From a bacterium (GTDB lineage Bacteria; Patescibacteriota; Saccharimonadia; CAILAD01; GCA-016700035): a stretch of 64,000 bases of DNA. Location of the stretch: the NCBI GenBank assembly GCA_016700035.1, contig CP064998.1:462790-526789 (forward strand), in the 5' to 3' direction. Positions 37,549 to 46,767 of the stretch are shown piece by piece (the stretch's first letter is position 1; the number at the start of each line of letters is the position of its first letter). The notes under the pieces are model-generated. The model saw nothing but the letters and a program-made list of their open reading frames with translations. It searched no databases and was not told the origin of the DNA. Both the position numbers and the translations under genes were made by a program.

Positions 37549-38325
37549 CTATGAAATAATTAGGCTATTAAGAGCATTTTTATAGGCTTCATAGAGGGTG
37601 GTATTTTCATTGTTATCTGTCTTAAAGATAATTGTCTTATCTAAGTACTTTATGAGCACCATAGTGCCAACCTTTTCGGCTCGGTCCATCTTACCGATAT
37701 AGCGTATGGCATCCCGATCTGATACCTTGATTTCTTCACTCGACTCCAGTCCATTACGCTTCTCCTTCACGTCACGATCATATTTTTCACGTACCTTCGT
37801 ATAGAGTTCATCGCGTACTGTAACGCGGATTGCTAGTTCTTTCGAGCTAACATCAACCTTATCGGGGTGAGCTAAGAAAATTAGCTGATCTTTGCCACTT
37901 TTAGAGGTCGAGATACTAAAGCTTTTGGGGATTCGCATCTGGAATGCGCCGAGTTCTTCAGGGGCAATATAATCACGCGTATCGCTTAGGCTAGATTTTA
38001 TTGCTTCATCCTCATCCTTCTTTTTTTGCTCCTCACTACCCGCGCCATAGCCTTCGTTATACTTTTTGGAGTTCGCCATCGAAGCATTTGTATATAATAT
38101 GCCGAATACGAGTGCAGCTATCAGAGCAATTGCACCCACTCCAATCGAGATATATAAAAACACCTTAGTGCGCTTATATTTATCCTCGGTGGTCTTTAGG
38201 TTATTTTGCACCTTCTGCTGTTCTGCAGCTGCCACTCCAGCACCAAAGCCAGCCGGCGCAACATTCTGAGGTGAAGGTTGCTGAGCTGGCTGCTGGTTGG
38301 GTTGTTGTGGTGTCGTTGGAGGCAT
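37549..38325 (-). CDS. hypothetical membrane-anchored protein with Pro/Gln-rich N-terminus
   Basis: Low-complexity PQQ-rich N-terminus, one TM helix, ~170-aa extracytoplasmic domain. Confidence 0.45.
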   Translation of the reverse strand: MPPTTPQQPNQQPAQQPSPQNVAPAGFGAGVAAAEQQKVQNNLKTTEDKYKRTKVFLYISIGVGAIALIAALVFGILYTNASMANSKKYNEGYGAGSEEQKKKDEDEAIKSSLSDTRDYIAPEELGAFQMRIPKSFSISTSKSGKDQLIFLAHPDKVDVSSKELAIRVTVRDELYTKVREKYDRDVKEKRNGLESSEEIKVSDRDAIRYIGKMDRAEKVGTMVLIKYLDKTIIFKTDNNENTTLYEAYKNALNSLIIS

Positions 38326-38360
38326 TTATCTTACAAAAAACTTATGCTTAATAGTATACC

Positions 38361-38891
38361 CTATTTTTTCTCAACAAGCTTCTCGCCGGGGTGCCAATCA
38401 ATTGGACATAGCCCACCGGTCTGCAGTGCCTTCACTACTCGCAAAGTCTCAGTTACCGAGCGGCCAACGTTTCCATCGGAAAGAACTACGTAACGAATAT
38501 TTTGCTCAGGATCAATGATGAATAGCCCGCGCTCAGCCTGTCCATTTTCTTCATCCAGCACTTCATAGGCACGAGACAGTCGGTGGGCTGGATCTTCAAG
38601 CACAGCGTATTCAACATCCTTTAAATCGCGCTCAAACCATGCCTTATGGCTTTGAATGGTGTCAGTTGAAGCTGCCAGAATTTCACAATTTGCCTCCTGA
38701 AAATCCTTGTGATGCTTTTGGAAACCTTCAATTTCAGTTGGACAAACAAAGGTAAAGTCCCGCGGATAAAAGAATAACACTAGCCACTTGCCGGCATAAT
38801 CTTTCAGGCTAATCTCTCGATAATCATCGTCAAGCCCCTTTTGATAGGCGCTGGCGCTAAATTCTGGTGCTGGTTTATTAAGTTGAATCAT
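38361..38891 (-). CDS. peroxiredoxin (AhpC/TSA family)
   Basis: Peroxidatic-Cys motif FTFVCPTEI. Confidence 0.85.
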   Translation of the reverse strand: MIQLNKPAPEFSASAYQKGLDDDYREISLKDYAGKWLVLFFYPRDFTFVCPTEIEGFQKHHKDFQEANCEILAASTDTIQSHKAWFERDLKDVEYAVLEDPAHRLSRAYEVLDEENGQAERGLFIIDPEQNIRYVVLSDGNVGRSVTETLRVVKALQTGGLCPIDWHPGEKLVEKK

Positions 38892-38925
38892 ATATTACTC
38901 CTATACTTAGTTACTTTCTATGGTC

Positions 38926-39528
38926 TTATGTGGTAAATTTCTCAATTGCCCACTTCGGGATTCGCTCGTTTACAACCTGCCAATCAATCAGCTTCATAAA
39001 TTCATCGATGTAGGCTTTGCGAGCTGTGGCGTAATCGAGAAAATAAGCATGCTCATAGACATCAAGCACCAATAGCGCTCCACTATTCCATACTCCCCCT
39101 TGATTATGGGCATCGCAAATATAATTCTCAAGCCTCTGATTGTCAAAATCCCAAGCCAACACAACCCAGCCGCGAGCTGCGAGGCCCAAGGCCGCAAAGT
39201 CGGTCGACCAAGCTTCTACACTGCCCCATTCTTGCTCAATTAACTGCTTAATTGCCCCGGAGCACTGCTGAGACTTATCAGTCATATTTTCAAAATAAGC
39301 TTCATGCAGGCGGATGGCATTTAGAGCAAAAACCTTCTCTAAATTAACTTCACGAATTTCAGCATAAGTGCCATTACTAACCGCCGGATCAACTTGGCGC
39401 GCTTGAGTAGCGAGTTCATTATATTTCTTTACATAGCCCTCATAAAGCTTATAATGTTCGGCTAGTTGTCTCGCGGTAATTCCCGGTAATTCAGTGTAGC
39501 CTAATGGCTTAGCGATTAATTCTGTCAT
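38926..39528 (-). CDS. sod: Fe/Mn superoxide dismutase
   Basis: Metal ligands and signature DVYEHAYFLDY (cf. DVWEHAYY). Confidence 0.85.
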   Translation of the reverse strand: MTELIAKPLGYTELPGITARQLAEHYKLYEGYVKKYNELATQARQVDPAVSNGTYAEIREVNLEKVFALNAIRLHEAYFENMTDKSQQCSGAIKQLIEQEWGSVEAWSTDFAALGLAARGWVVLAWDFDNQRLENYICDAHNQGGVWNSGALLVLDVYEHAYFLDYATARKAYIDEFMKLIDWQVVNERIPKWAIEKFTT

Positions 39529-39550
39529 ACTACCTCCTAAAAAATTAAGG

Positions 39551-40060
39551 CTATTCTTCTACTCTACCAAAGCTAGTGCAATCATACAAAAAGCTATTAC
39601 GGGTTGTTTTTATTGGTGCAGCTCCCTCAAAAGCAAACATGTACGATATAACCTTAGCATCCGGATTGAGCTGGCGAGCCAGCTGATTGCGCATTTTTGG
39701 CATGTGGTGGTGAATTAAATAGAGATACACTACGTCAAACTCCCCAATATCAACCGACCAAAAACTCCTTAAATAAACCTTGGCGCGCTTGCCGTAGCGC
39801 AATAAGCGCAAGCGAGCAATTAGCCAAAGTAGCGGATTCACTTCAAAACCAACTACTTCTGCTCCGCGTCGAGCGGCGGCTGCTAAAACCTTACCATCGC
39901 CACAGCCTAGATCGACAAATTTCGTGCCTCGCTTTACTCCTGCCAACTTAAATAGCTCATCCAAGTCTTGGCTAAAAGCCGGAACCCAAGGAGCACCCAA
40001 AAACGCTCCAATACCGAAGCTCAAAATAATCACCGATGCAATAAGCCAAAGCCAATTCAC
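39551..40060 (-). CDS. class I SAM-dependent methyltransferase (membrane-anchored)
   Basis: Motif I VDLGCGDGKV, N-terminal hydrophobic segment. Confidence 0.65.
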   Translation of the reverse strand: MNWLWLIASVIILSFGIGAFLGAPWVPAFSQDLDELFKLAGVKRGTKFVDLGCGDGKVLAAAARRGAEVVGFEVNPLLWLIARLRLLRYGKRAKVYLRSFWSVDIGEFDVVYLYLIHHHMPKMRNQLARQLNPDAKVISYMFAFEGAAPIKTTRNSFLYDCTSFGRVEE

Positions 40061-40069
40061 TATCTAAGT

Positions 40070-40492
40070 CTAGGCTTCCCCATGTTCTAAGGCTTCAGCC
40101 GCATCAGCCTCTTCTTTGGTCTTGTGAATAGTACCTGGAGCATGTTCGGCTGGACTATAAAGTGAGTATACTTTTAGATCCGAATCACCAATGTTCTTAA
40201 TATTATGCCAGGTACCAGCCGGAATTAGCACTGCAGTATCTGGTTGCAATTCGGCCGTATCACTCACCTCTTCCTTAGATGGACCAGTAACAAGTGTTGC
40301 AGCCCCAGCTTCGACACGCAAAAACTGATCAACATCACCATGCACCTCTAGGCCTATCTCGCTACCAACCGGAATAGACATCACAGTTAGCTGCGTATAC
40401 TCGCCCGTCCATAATGTCGTCCGAAAATTTGTGTTATTTTTAGTCTCTGCCTCCATATCTAGAACAAACACTTTTCTATCATTTTCAGTCAT
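40070..40492 (-). CDS. cupin-domain protein
   Basis: Cupin motifs G(x)5HxH-like (GLEVHGDVDQF) and GTWHNIKN. Confidence 0.6.
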   Translation of the reverse strand: MTENDRKVFVLDMEAETKNNTNFRTTLWTGEYTQLTVMSIPVGSEIGLEVHGDVDQFLRVEAGAATLVTGPSKEEVSDTAELQPDTAVLIPAGTWHNIKNIGDSDLKVYSLYSPAEHAPGTIHKTKEEADAAEALEHGEA

Positions 40493-40555
40493 AATACTTC
40501 TCCCATTACCTACCTTTATTATAGCGCGAAACGCCTACAGTTTCTATCTGTTATC

Positions 40556-40564
40556 TGGTATAAT
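40556..40564 (+). promoter_or_regulatory. extended -10 element TGgTATAAT upstream of tRNA-Trp
   Basis: TGnTATAAT 17 nt upstream of tRNA 5' end. Confidence 0.35.
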
Positions 40565-40580
40565 AATGACCATTCGTCTA

Positions 40581-40657
40581 TAGGGGTGTAGCTCAGCTGG
40601 CTAGAGCGTCGGTCTCCAAAACCGAAGGCCGCGGGTTCGATTCCTGCCACCCCTGCC
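40581..40657 (+). tRNA. trnW: tRNA-Trp (anticodon CCA), CCA encoded
   Basis: Cloverleaf folded by hand: acceptor AGGGGTG/CACCCCT, D-arm GCTC..GAGC, anticodon stem TCGGT/ACCGA loop CTCCAAA, T-arm GCGGG-TTCGATT-CCTGC. Confidence 0.85.
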
Positions 40658-40858
40658 AAGCAGAACAGTTCAAAAAAATAACAGATAGAAAAAGTTCTAT
40701 TTCCTATTGCTTGAATATGTTTTTGTGCAATTCTCCTGCATTTACTCTGATAAAAAGTTCGATTCCCGTTTGTCCTCCACTTGTACAATCGAACTTTTTC
40801 ATAGAATTAATTAGTATTGCTGAAGCAGTTAGACCTTACGTTGTAGCGGAATGAGATT

Positions 40859-42877
40859 TTAGAGTACAGTTTTTCGCAGTAACTGGGCGTTTAGCGCAAC
40901 TATTACAGTAGAAGCAGACATGAGTACTGCGCCTACTGCTGGTGACAGTACAATCCCGGCCCCAAATAGTACACCCGCAGCTAGTGGAATTGCGAAAATG
41001 TTATAGCCAGTAGCCCAGCCAAGATTTTGGAACATTTTACGGTACGTAGCTTTGGATAGCTTTATTACTTTAACTACATCTTGAGGATTACTGTTGACCA
41101 GGATAATATCTGCCGACTTAATGGCTACATCAGTGCCCGCCCCAATAGCGATACCTATGTCGGCTTGTGTGAGTGCTGGTGCATCATTTATGCCATCTCC
41201 AACCATCGCGACCTTATTACTATTCTTCTGAAGTGCTTTTACTTTCGCAGATTTATCTTCAGGACGCACTTCAGCAAAATATTGATCTAATCCAAGTTGT
41301 TTTGATACATAGGACGCTACTTCTTCAGAGTCGCCCGTTATCATGGCCGTCTTTATGCCCATTTCCTTAAGCGTAGCGATGGTCTGCTTTGATTCATCGC
41401 GAACTATGTCAGCTAAGCCTAACGCACCGATAACCTGTTCGTTGGTAATCAAATACACTTCCGTCTTGCCCTCTCTCGCAGCTTTTTTTACTGCTTTGGC
41501 GATATCCGCAGGAACACTAAGCTTGTTTTCTTCTATATACCGGTAACTGGCAGCTATATACACTTCGCTACCGTGCAATGTGCCTTGTACACCTAAACCT
41601 GGCAGAGCTTTAAAGTCAGTGACCTTATCAAGGTGAACATGTTCTCCTTCTGCTTTTCGTACAATGCCCTTACCTACAATATGCTCACTATTCTGTTCAA
41701 GACTTGCGGTTAAATGTAAAACATCTTCTTTGCTATGTCCTTTTGTAGCCCATATATCGGTAACGCCGTGTTCACCTTTTGTCAATGTTCCTGTTTTATC
41801 AAAAAGTACCCAATCTAGTTTTCGAGCTGATTCGAGGGCTAATCTTTTGCGAACCAGTAAGCCGTTTTTGGCCGATAACGCAGTCGATATTGAAACAACT
41901 AAGGGTATAGCCAAGCCTAGTGCATGAGGACAAGCAATAATCAGAACCGTAACTGACCGTTCTAAGGCAAAACCCGCGTCTTTTGCAATTAGCCAATAAA
42001 TAAACGTGGTTATGGCGGTAATTATTGCAATGAAAGTTAGATAAAATGCTGCCTTGTCTGCAAGAACCTGAACATTAGACTTTGAGGTTTGTGCTTCGGC
42101 AACAAGACGCATGATCCCAGCTAAAGCTGTGTCGTCCCCGATTTTTGTAACCCGTACAGTGATTGAACCGTCTTGGTTGACAGTTCCCGCAACAACGCCA
42201 TCATTTGAGGCTTTAGCTACAGGCTTTGATTCTCCGGTTATAGCAGCTTCATCTATCGACGTCGTTCCATTAGTAATAACTCCGTCAATTGGTATTCTTG
42301 TCCCTGGCCTGACTAATACAAGATCTCCCACGCTCAGTTCGCTTACTAATACTTCCATGGGCTTGCCTTTGACTAACTTTTCGGCTTTGTCGGGAAGCAA
42401 CTTAGATATAGCGTCAAGGGCGTTTTCAGCTTTAGCAACTGATGCCATTTCCAGCCAATGCCCTAGTAACATGATAGTTACTAGGGTTGCTAGCTCCCAG
42501 AAGAAGCCATCGCCCTCTATGAAGAACTGTGTTGCAATGCTATAGGCATACGCAGTAATGATTGCCAGGCTGATAAGAGTCATCATGCCTGGCAATTTTG
42601 CTTTTAACTCGCCCCACGCACTACGAATGAACACCAAACCACCATAAAAGAAGATGATGGTACTAAACACGAATGGCACATATTGTGAGCCAGGAAATGC
42701 TGGCGGCGTGAAGTTCAGCCAATGCTGTATCATCTCGCTATATGCGAGTACAGGTATGGTTAAAATTAAGGACAACCAAAACTTATCCTTAAACATTGTC
42801 ACAGAATGTCCTGCGTGCTTGTCGTGCTCTTGGTGCTCACTGTTATCGTGATGGTGTTCGTGGTGTGAGTGATCCAT
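40859..42877 (-). CDS. copB: P1B-type heavy-metal ATPase, CopB-like (CPH motif, His-rich N-terminus)
   Basis: His-rich N-term (HSHHEHHHDNSEHQEHDKHAGH), TM CPH motif (IIACPHALGLAIP), DKTGTLT, GDGINDAP. Confidence 0.85.
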   Translation of the reverse strand: MDHSHHEHHHDNSEHQEHDKHAGHSVTMFKDKFWLSLILTIPVLAYSEMIQHWLNFTPPAFPGSQYVPFVFSTIIFFYGGLVFIRSAWGELKAKLPGMMTLISLAIITAYAYSIATQFFIEGDGFFWELATLVTIMLLGHWLEMASVAKAENALDAISKLLPDKAEKLVKGKPMEVLVSELSVGDLVLVRPGTRIPIDGVITNGTTSIDEAAITGESKPVAKASNDGVVAGTVNQDGSITVRVTKIGDDTALAGIMRLVAEAQTSKSNVQVLADKAAFYLTFIAIITAITTFIYWLIAKDAGFALERSVTVLIIACPHALGLAIPLVVSISTALSAKNGLLVRKRLALESARKLDWVLFDKTGTLTKGEHGVTDIWATKGHSKEDVLHLTASLEQNSEHIVGKGIVRKAEGEHVHLDKVTDFKALPGLGVQGTLHGSEVYIAASYRYIEENKLSVPADIAKAVKKAAREGKTEVYLITNEQVIGALGLADIVRDESKQTIATLKEMGIKTAMITGDSEEVASYVSKQLGLDQYFAEVRPEDKSAKVKALQKNSNKVAMVGDGINDAPALTQADIGIAIGAGTDVAIKSADIILVNSNPQDVVKVIKLSKATYRKMFQNLGWATGYNIFAIPLAAGVLFGAGIVLSPAVGAVLMSASTVIVALNAQLLRKTVL

Positions 42878-42880
42878 AGC

Positions 42881-43720
42881 TTAATCTCCGCACGTGCTTT
42901 CGTGTAAAGGCACAAGGTTATCAAAACGTGCCTGTATCTGTTCTTTAGTGGGCTCCTTTTCTTGTACAAATATAGCTACATTGCCAACCAGGTTATTTAT
43001 GCGGGTCAATTCTTCCTCTGTTTTTTCGGACGGATGCTCATCTACCACACCGCCGTGAGCAGAGGCTTTTGGAAATAGCCAGTCTAGCACGTTGGCAGAC
43101 GACACCTCTTCGTTGTGTCCTACGTTACTTTTCTTGCCAAAGAACGTTTCAAGATCCTGTTTCAGAAAATCATTCCAAACTTTTTGCTGATAGTCATTTT
43201 TATCGCCAACATATACATAGAAATTAGCTTTATCGGGTACGGTTGGCAGCACCTTGCCATATATCTTTACAGAGCTAGGTATAATACCAGCGTCGTACCG
43301 TCGCCCGAGCAATTCGTCCTCACCGCCAATGTAGTTCCATCCAAAGTACTTCAGAAACTCGCCGCCAGTCATACCGTTCCAATGAACGTGCGTCAGTTGG
43401 TCCATCTTATCGTGGAAGTCTATCGGTATACTGCCAACTTCTGCACTACACGTAGTAGAATTACCGCTTACTACTTGAAATTCATCCTTTGAAAAGTTAA
43501 CCGCTTTACCGTTAACCAGTATTTGTGTGCGGTAATGGTAATGCTGGTAAGTAGGCTTTCTGAGATGTTCAGGAGTAGATGCGTATACATAACCATACCA
43601 TCCACCGACAAGCAGTGTAATCGCTGCCAGAGTAGCTGCCGCATAAGCAGCTACTCTTTTACTAAGCTTCAGGGTACTCTTACTAGCTTGAGTTTTGTTT
43701 GATACTTCTGTCTCGCTCAT
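42881..43720 (-). CDS. hypothetical membrane-anchored protein in copper operon
   Basis: N-terminal TM anchor; His/Trp-containing extracytoplasmic domain; translationally coupled to copB. Confidence 0.4.
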   Translation of the reverse strand: MSETEVSNKTQASKSTLKLSKRVAAYAAATLAAITLLVGGWYGYVYASTPEHLRKPTYQHYHYRTQILVNGKAVNFSKDEFQVVSGNSTTCSAEVGSIPIDFHDKMDQLTHVHWNGMTGGEFLKYFGWNYIGGEDELLGRRYDAGIIPSSVKIYGKVLPTVPDKANFYVYVGDKNDYQQKVWNDFLKQDLETFFGKKSNVGHNEEVSSANVLDWLFPKASAHGGVVDEHPSEKTEEELTRINNLVGNVAIFVQEKEPTKEQIQARFDNLVPLHESTCGD

Positions 43721-43722
43721 TT

Positions 43723-44160
43723 TTAGTGCCCACCGTGCATCATCTGGTTCATTTCGCTGCTAGAGTAGCCCCAGTCTTGCTGCCATTGCTTCATCTCAAC
43801 TATCTCCTTATCTTGAGCTGCAATGATGGCTTGGCTCAGCTGCTTTATCTCGTCGTGTTTCGCTCGTCCCGCCGACAGCTTAGCCATATCAACTGCTCCC
43901 TCGTGATGAGTTATCATCATCTCGATAAAGGCCTTGTCATAGGCGTCGCCCGATAAGCCCTCTAGTTGCTTATTCATATCCATCATAGACATTGAATTGT
44001 GATCTGTAGTCGTTGGCTGCTGTTCGGTAGCAGCGGGCGTATTTGTGTTTTTGTTGTCATCATTTTGGCTGCCAACCACATAGCCGCCGAATCCAGCTGC
44101 TGCGATAAGTGCAACCATTACTACTGCGATTATACTCTTATTTTTCATAGTTATCTCCAA
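43723..44160 (-). CDS. DUF305-family protein (secreted, copper-resistance associated)
   Basis: Signal/anchor then DUF305 signature FIEMMITHHEGAVDMA. Confidence 0.6.
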   Translation of the reverse strand: MEITMKNKSIIAVVMVALIAAAGFGGYVVGSQNDDNKNTNTPAATEQQPTTTDHNSMSMMDMNKQLEGLSGDAYDKAFIEMMITHHEGAVDMAKLSAGRAKHDEIKQLSQAIIAAQDKEIVEMKQWQQDWGYSSSEMNQMMHGGH

Positions 44161-44175
44161 TCCTTAGTTATCTGA

Positions 44176-45321
44176 TTATGGTTTAGCCCAATAACTTATT
44201 CCATTCGGTTTTTTACCAACGCTAATACGAGCAACTTCTTTTCCAGCGTTATTATCAACCACTGAAACGTCGTTACTCTCCATATTTGTAACGTATGTGA
44301 ACCTATCATCTGGCGACACAACTACACCGTGAGGAGCACTGCCGACTGGAATAGTTTGAGTTGTCTTTGCTTGTTCCAAGTCTACTTTGTATAAGTTGTT
44401 TCCAGCTGGTTGACCGAAGTCATTACCCTGGTCGGCGACGTACGCATAGCGGGAGTCAGGCGATGGATACAGCTGCAGGGGTCCTTTTGATTCATTTGGT
44501 AGGGGTGCATAGCGTACCTTGCTACTCGAAGTATCTACGATAGCGACACTCTTGCTGGTGAAGACTGACGCTAGAGCATACTTGCCATTTGCGGTCACGC
44601 CAGTCTGAACAGGAGTTCCGTTAAGCGGAATATACTCGAATGTAAAGGTCGAGAGGCTCAGCTTGCCGATACTTTTATCTCCCATCAACGCAACATAAGC
44701 GTATTTGCCGTCAGGAGATACACGCAGACCGTGCGGCCCTGCATTAGCCTTTGCACTTGCGGTTGCAACAACCGTAAACGTCTTAGTGTCGATTTTGTAC
44801 ACTTCAGCCTTGTTTTGTGAAGTAGCCAATGCGAATCTACTGTCGGGCGTAAGCACCACGTGTGCCAAGTGGAGGTCACTACCTATATCAATCCGCTTGG
44901 TTATCTTATCGGTTAAGGGGTCGATGACAACGACTTGATCAGAACTGGTAGATACGTCATTGTGTCCTTCACCGGCATACGCAGTCGGGAACAGTTTGTT
45001 CAATACACGTGTCTTCAAGCTCGCAGTATGATTTGCCATAGCATTTGCAGTAACCCATACAGATTTGCCATCTGGTGCAACCTGGACGTTGTGTGCCATA
45101 TACATTGCTCCATCTGCATTTTCTTTATTGGCTAGTTCTATCTTTGCAATGACAGATTGTGACTTGGGGCTAATTACGTCTATTCTCCCAGCGTCTTCGG
45201 CTGCGACATATACTTTATCATTAGCGATTTCCGCTCCCGTAACAGGGAAAAGTAGATAGGCAGCGACCACTACAAGCAGTACAGATACTCCGCCAATTAG
45301 CCATAGATATTTTCTTTTCAT
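44176..45321 (-). CDS. YVTN-family beta-propeller repeat protein (secreted)
   Basis: N-terminal signal; repeated YV(A/T)xxxx(D/N) blades (YVAAEDAG, YAYVAL, YAYVADQGN, TYVTNMESN). Confidence 0.6.
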   Translation of the reverse strand: MKRKYLWLIGGVSVLLVVVAAYLLFPVTGAEIANDKVYVAAEDAGRIDVISPKSQSVIAKIELANKENADGAMYMAHNVQVAPDGKSVWVTANAMANHTASLKTRVLNKLFPTAYAGEGHNDVSTSSDQVVVIDPLTDKITKRIDIGSDLHLAHVVLTPDSRFALATSQNKAEVYKIDTKTFTVVATASAKANAGPHGLRVSPDGKYAYVALMGDKSIGKLSLSTFTFEYIPLNGTPVQTGVTANGKYALASVFTSKSVAIVDTSSSKVRYAPLPNESKGPLQLYPSPDSRYAYVADQGNDFGQPAGNNLYKVDLEQAKTTQTIPVGSAPHGVVVSPDDRFTYVTNMESNDVSVVDNNAGKEVARISVGKKPNGISYWAKP

Positions 45322-45372
45322 TTGTACTCCAAAATTACCTTAAAGTGTGTTTGCGTGAGGACAAACACACTC

Positions 45373-45741
45373 TCAAGCTCTGAAGACACCGTACAGAATA
45401 TAAATCGGTATCTTTGGTGGTGGTTTAACAGAGTCTGCATATCTCTCTTGGCTTACTATGCTGTCGTTAAAATGCCAGCCTTCCGTAAGCACATAGAAAG
45501 GTACGACTGGTTCGTCATTTTCTTCGCCATTATTAGAATCTAGGGATTCTTCTTTACTAAACACAGCCGTTCGACATAGTGTGGCACATGAAGCTGAATC
45601 ACTTGAGCTGTGCTTCATACCGCTATTCATCTCATGAGACATTGCTGGCATTGCAGAAGTGTGAACCGAAAAAGATACTAAATTCAGAAGCAATACCGCA
45701 ACTATAAGGGCTGTATTCTTTAGTGTTATTAGGTATTGCAC
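45373..45741 (-). CDS. secreted Met/His-rich protein (putative periplasmic copper-binding)
   Basis: Signal peptide then MPAMSHEMNSGMKHSS methionine-rich motif typical of Cu(I) binders. Confidence 0.4.
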   Translation of the reverse strand: MQYLITLKNTALIVAVLLLNLVSFSVHTSAMPAMSHEMNSGMKHSSSDSASCATLCRTAVFSKEESLDSNNGEENDEPVVPFYVLTEGWHFNDSIVSQERYADSVKPPPKIPIYILYGVFRA

Positions 45742-45743
45742 GT

Positions 45744-46028
45744 CTATTTAGCTCTAATGTTATTAAGCTCGTAGAGTTTCATAAGTTCTTCGAGAGCTAT
45801 TGTTTGCTCTTTCTCTTTACCAGAAGCAATCATATCGGTGATATGCGTAGTGATGTGGTTTTCTAGGACTAGCTTATTAAGAGAGGATAGCGACTTTTGT
45901 ATTGCAAGGGACTGGGTCAAGATGTCCATGCAATAGTCTTCGTTTTCGATCATCTTTTGGACACCACGCATTTGACCCTCAAGTATCTTAGATCGGTGCA
46001 GTGCGCGTTGTTTTAAGTCAGATATCAT
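45744..46028 (-). CDS. csoR: CsoR/RcnR-family metal-sensing repressor (C-H-H fingerprint)
   Basis: DUF156 helical bundle; Y32-C33 ... H58 ... H62 at the W-X-Y-Z positions. Confidence 0.7.
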   Translation of the reverse strand: MISDLKQRALHRSKILEGQMRGVQKMIENEDYCMDILTQSLAIQKSLSSLNKLVLENHITTHITDMIASGKEKEQTIALEELMKLYELNNIRAK

Positions 46029-46037
46029 AACCTAAGT

Positions 46038-46057
46038 ATAGTACCCCCAGGGGGTAT
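46038..46057. promoter_or_regulatory. CsoR-type operator ATAGTACCCCCAGGGGGTAT
   Basis: GC-rich perfect palindrome TACCCCC/GGGGGTA matching the TACCC-N-GGGGTA CsoR operator class, 10 nt upstream of csoR ATG and overlapping its -10 (TATACT). Confidence 0.6.
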
Positions 46058-46067
46058 GTCAAGCATC

Positions 46068-46550
46068 TTATCTCCAATTTGTAATGCGGGTAAATTTAAT
46101 CATCTGATTAGCTAGCTCAGTAGATACCGTTCTCCTCATAACTTCCTTGCTGTAGCTTTGAGAAAGTATATTCAGACTCCCTTCCCATAGTATTGTTTTA
46201 TCTATGACTGCTAACTTGCGGTGGCGCATGTCATCGTAAAACTTAACCCTAACTCCTGCTACTCTGAGTTGCTTTATAGATTGCCATGCTTGAATCTGTA
46301 ATTCTCGATCATGATGCCTCGGATTACGCGTGTTGATACGCACCCTTACACCTTTCCTGGTTAATCCCCTGAAGATAGGCAGAAGTGTATCAGTTCTTTT
46401 GCACGCAATGAATGGGCTTTCAATAATAACCTCATGAGTTGCATGTTTAAGGTCACGTTGAAATGTGCAATAGAATGTAGTTTCAGAGTGCAGTGCAGAG
46501 GTTAGTAGCTCGTTGGCTGACGATCTTGAGAATCGCCATTGCCTAAACAT
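46068..46550 (-). CDS. phospholipase D-family (Nuc-like) single-HKD nuclease, paralog 2 (160 aa)
   Basis: HKD motif HRKLAVIDKTILWEGSLNI; ~60% aa identity to 592-1071 including shared NTRNPRHHD segment. Confidence 0.65.
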   Translation of the reverse strand: MFRQWRFSRSSANELLTSALHSETTFYCTFQRDLKHATHEVIIESPFIACKRTDTLLPIFRGLTRKGVRVRINTRNPRHHDRELQIQAWQSIKQLRVAGVRVKFYDDMRHRKLAVIDKTILWEGSLNILSQSYSKEVMRRTVSTELANQMIKFTRITNWR

Positions 46551-46767
46551 TTTTTTGCTCCTCTTTACTAATTTTTGATGGTAAATTTACATCACTTTTG
46601 TCGATCGTCACCCCTATTAAAGTTCTATAATCGTTCTGAAGCTCCTGCCAAAGTACTTATACTTAAAACCTGAGAGGGTATTTTTGAATATCTATTGACA
46701 ATATCACTTATATGTGCTAGTGTGTATGACAGCTCGCCACACCCGCTTCAACCAGAAAGGGGCTATC

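Noticed and set aside
40519-40788. 89-aa minus-strand ORF
   Set aside because: Overlaps the tRNA-Trp gene antisense; spurious.
40752-40797. GTTCGATTCC 10-mer identical to the tRNA-Trp T-arm ~100 bp downstream, a possible att repeat of an integrated island
   Set aside because: Only 10 nt. It lies within a 12-bp hairpin (AAAAGTTCGATT/AATCGAACTTTT) that looks like the copB terminator, and no integrase is present. Treated as coincidental.
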